NCBI RefSeq assembly: GCF_000143415.4
Contig: NW_003314345.1
Coordinates: 18,574-82,573, forward strand
Origin: Selaginella moellendorffii
Lineage: Eukaryota; Plantae; Lycopodiophyta
Direction of reading: 5' to 3'
Length of the DNA stretch: 64,000 bases
Each line of letters opens with the position of its first letter. Positions within the stretch are counted from its first letter, which is position 1. A model generated the notes under the pieces. That model did no database searches. It saw only the letters and a list, made by a program, of their open reading frames with translations, and was not told the DNA's origin. Below are positions 61,093 to 64,000 of the stretch, one piece after another. Position numbers and translations under genes: made by a program.

Positions 61093-64000
61093 TATCACGA
61101 ATGTGACTTCGGGTATCAAAAGATACTTGTCACCTAGTCCTTACGAGGACTCTTTCCTTACTGCCATAACGGCAGGAGGTTGGTACTACTAGATCCCTTT
61201 ATTAGCCCCTCTTGTTCAACTGTTAGTAAACTAGACTTAGCATCTGTACTTGGCCAAATGAGCATAAGGAAGGAATTCCTTAGTGTCTATTTAGCCAAGC
61301 ATACTTGGCCTAGCTTGTTAATTCTCTTTTGCTCTGTCTTGCACTGGCTTGGCAAGAATCCTCACATATTGAGACTAGTCCATCAATATTGCCAAATGAT
61401 AGCTTACCGTGTCTGCCAAACACCCTCGCTATCATACCTTTTGTGTTGCTCTCATTTTGATCCCAAATGCTATTTATGGAAAGTGTCTAGATTCGCTCAT
61501 TTGGCTTATCTATGGAATGTAGAGATTGGCCTGAATACAATGGTGTTCGTTCCATGTCCAAATTCGCAATTTAGTGCCATTCCATATTTAGTAAGTTTCA
61601 AGTTTGTCCCAGAGACCAACTCCTAGTACTAAGAGAGGCTTGGGGTGAAAGGGATAGTGGTTAGAATGCATGTCTGACCACCTGAGACATTAGTTTGGCT
61701 CCCACTAGGCTTTGTCGCTCTTTGTTCTGCGTCTGGCTTGAGTCTAAGCCCAAGCTCCACACTACTCTAGTTGGTGGGGTATCCTCCTCCTCGCATTAGG
61801 CCACCGATATGCCAGAATTGTGCCAAACTCCATCTGACACCATTTTGCGTGCAAGTGCTGGATACGGGGAGTTGGTGCTCATGGGATTGTACCAGACCCT
61901 TGTTTCGTAATACAACTGGCTTGGAGTTTGGCTCTAAATTCAGCTGCGCTACATTTGGTATCAAAGAAATTGTCTCAGCGATTCCTATCCAACTTTTGTC
62001 GGATTTTCTGACTCAAGTTACATACACATAGACTTTTTTAGTAGATCTAAAGCAACTTGTGTAGGATTAGTTAGATTGCACTATTCAGTAAGAACGTTGT
62101 ATGCATGTTCAATTACTAATAGAGGCATGCATGCAGCTAGTGGAATGGTGAAAAAGAACCGTGTTGATGATGCTGAAACCTCTAGACGGGCAAATTGAAA
62201 GAAGGAAACTCTTGCTAGAGATGCTGTGGAAGAGGCTAAGGCTGAGTCAGAAGAGGAAGAGCTAGATACTGGGGCACTACAGCGTACAGCTTAGGAAGTC
62301 AAGATCGAGAATTTGCGAAGGGAGATTCATAAATTGAAGAAGGAGAACAAGAAAAGGAAAAAAGAAGCTGAGGCAGCTAAACTAGCTAAGCCAAAGCAAC
62401 CAGACTCCTCTTCAAGTTCTGAGGTAAATGAAGTTTTGCAACTACCCCCAGTTGCATGAGTTTCAAAGTTCAAGCCTCTAAAACCACCCAATTTGAGAAG
62501 CATGTAGGACTATCAGGTTTTGGAAAACTATTTTCATAACGGCAGACGTAGATGATTGTAGGAAAGTTGTGTGTGCGCATTCCTTTCTCACTGATCATGC
62601 CAAAACTTTATGGCGCCAGGTGTGTGCTGAAAAAGGGCAGATTAGAAGTTGGACCAAGATGCAGTCTCGTATCCGTAAGGAATACTTGCCTCACTATCTT
62701 GGTCTAAGACTTTGCGCAGAGCTATGGCGGTTAAAGCAGTGAAGGGACCTCATGCATTACATTAATGCATTTGCTCAGAAGCGCATTATAATTGCAAATA
62801 TGAGTGACGAAGATGCTCGAAGTTATTTTCTAGAAGGTTTAAGTTCACTTTCTCACAATGAAATTTTGAAGTTTAAGCCAAAGACGTACCTGGAGTGTAA
62901 GGAAGCAACACAGCAAATTGCCTTTAGTCACTTACTCATGGAACAATATCAATAGCCGTATGCTGGTACTTTGGACAAGAATAAGAATTCTAGGAATAAA
63001 CAAGGAGACTGGAAACAAGGGGTGGAAGGTAGGTGCCACCTAGAGGCTCACAAGCTACGATTAACAAAGGTGGTGGTGGTTGGAGACCACCAGTAGCTTC
63101 TTCTGGTCCTAGGCCCTCTGTTCCTCCTCCTGGTGGGTACAAACAACAGCAACCTGCAAAACCTACTCCTAGCGGAACAGGTAGTGTGGGTCATTGATTC
63201 CATTGTGGAGAGTTAGAACATAGGTCCTCGGAATGTCCCAACAAGTATAAGACAAGGTCTCATGTTAATCTCATGAGGGAAGATGGTGGTGGTGAAGCTA
63301 AAGGTGTTGACGAGTTGGTCAATGCAGACTATGAGGAAGAGGAGGTGAGTTACTTTCGTTGCTTTCCTCAAGCCTTTTTCGCAATCAATGCAAACATTGA
63401 TCCGTTAATGTATTTGGTAGGCTTTGTCTGTAGACACCAAATCCAAATGATGATTGATATAGGAGCTACACACAACGTGACTTAGTTAAGTTTTTAGGAT
63501 TGAATGTTGAGCAAATGTCACCTATGCACTTCCGGTTTGCGAAAGATGGGCAAGTAGCCAGAAAATTTGTGAGTGATATTCCAATAAAAATATCTAAATG
63601 GAAAGAAAGAGTGGACTTAGTAGTGTTGAAGATACCAGATTTTCATATGGTGTTTGGTATGGACTTCTTCAACAAATATATAAAAGGGATTTATAGTGCT
63701 AGACAAAGTCGTATCATGTTAAAGTCAGAAGGACGTCCTAATTTGTCCTTCCAGTTGCAATAGTGCTCCTCAAAGGATTGGGATGCTACATTCTTGACAG
63801 TGAAAGCCACTCAAAAAGCAGCTAAGAAGGGATGTCAGACCTTTTGGGTTCAAGTGATGGAAGCTGAGGGTGTTAGTGACTTAACTTGAATCGGCAACAG
63901 GGTTGATCTTGTACCAAAGAAGATATTGGAGTTGTTGGCAAGGAATCAGGATATCTTCCTAAAGGATTTGCCACTAGGGCTACCTCCTAGCCGTGAGGTT
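61093..64000 (+). mobile_element. Element C3: Ty3/gypsy (chromovirus-like) with C-family LTR and disrupted gag-protease-RT start; runs off the window
   Basis: LTR 61093-61953, PBS TGGTATCAAAG, gag (LTDHAKTLW..WRLKQ..YINAF), knuckle HCGELEHRSSEC, protease MIDIGATHN, DLPLGLPPSREV. Confidence 0.88.

Overview
Eukaryotic (land-plant) nuclear sequence. The ~50-60 nt introns, extreme gene density and the style of the PLS-type PPR genes point to a Selaginella-like lycophyte (inference). Positions 1-31.8 kb are a very compact gene-rich block: plastid DnaJ, RAPTOR, F-box/Sel1, TPR, At3g49140-like, two PPRs, DDA1, two WD40s, class III peroxidase, ABHD18-like, SnRK2 and DPP8/9-like, plus several gene-fragment pseudogenes. 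Many same-strand neighbours there are only 48-111 bp apart. Positions 32.1-64 kb are a gene-free nest of Ty3/gypsy elements, up to four insertion levels deep, with many boundaries supported by TSDs, PBS and PPT motifs. The nest includes two Cassandra-type TRIMs carrying a 5S rRNA promoter domain in their LTRs, a third TRIM, solo LTRs with minisatellites, and non-coding LARD-like elements sharing LTRs with a gag-pol element. It also shows a recurring fold-back (inverted-repeat) architecture, including one insertion bounded by two identical LTR ends and a perfect TSD. There are three N-gaps. Internal exon boundaries were read by eye; CDS coordinates span first to last codon including introns. 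Family labels A-F are my own.
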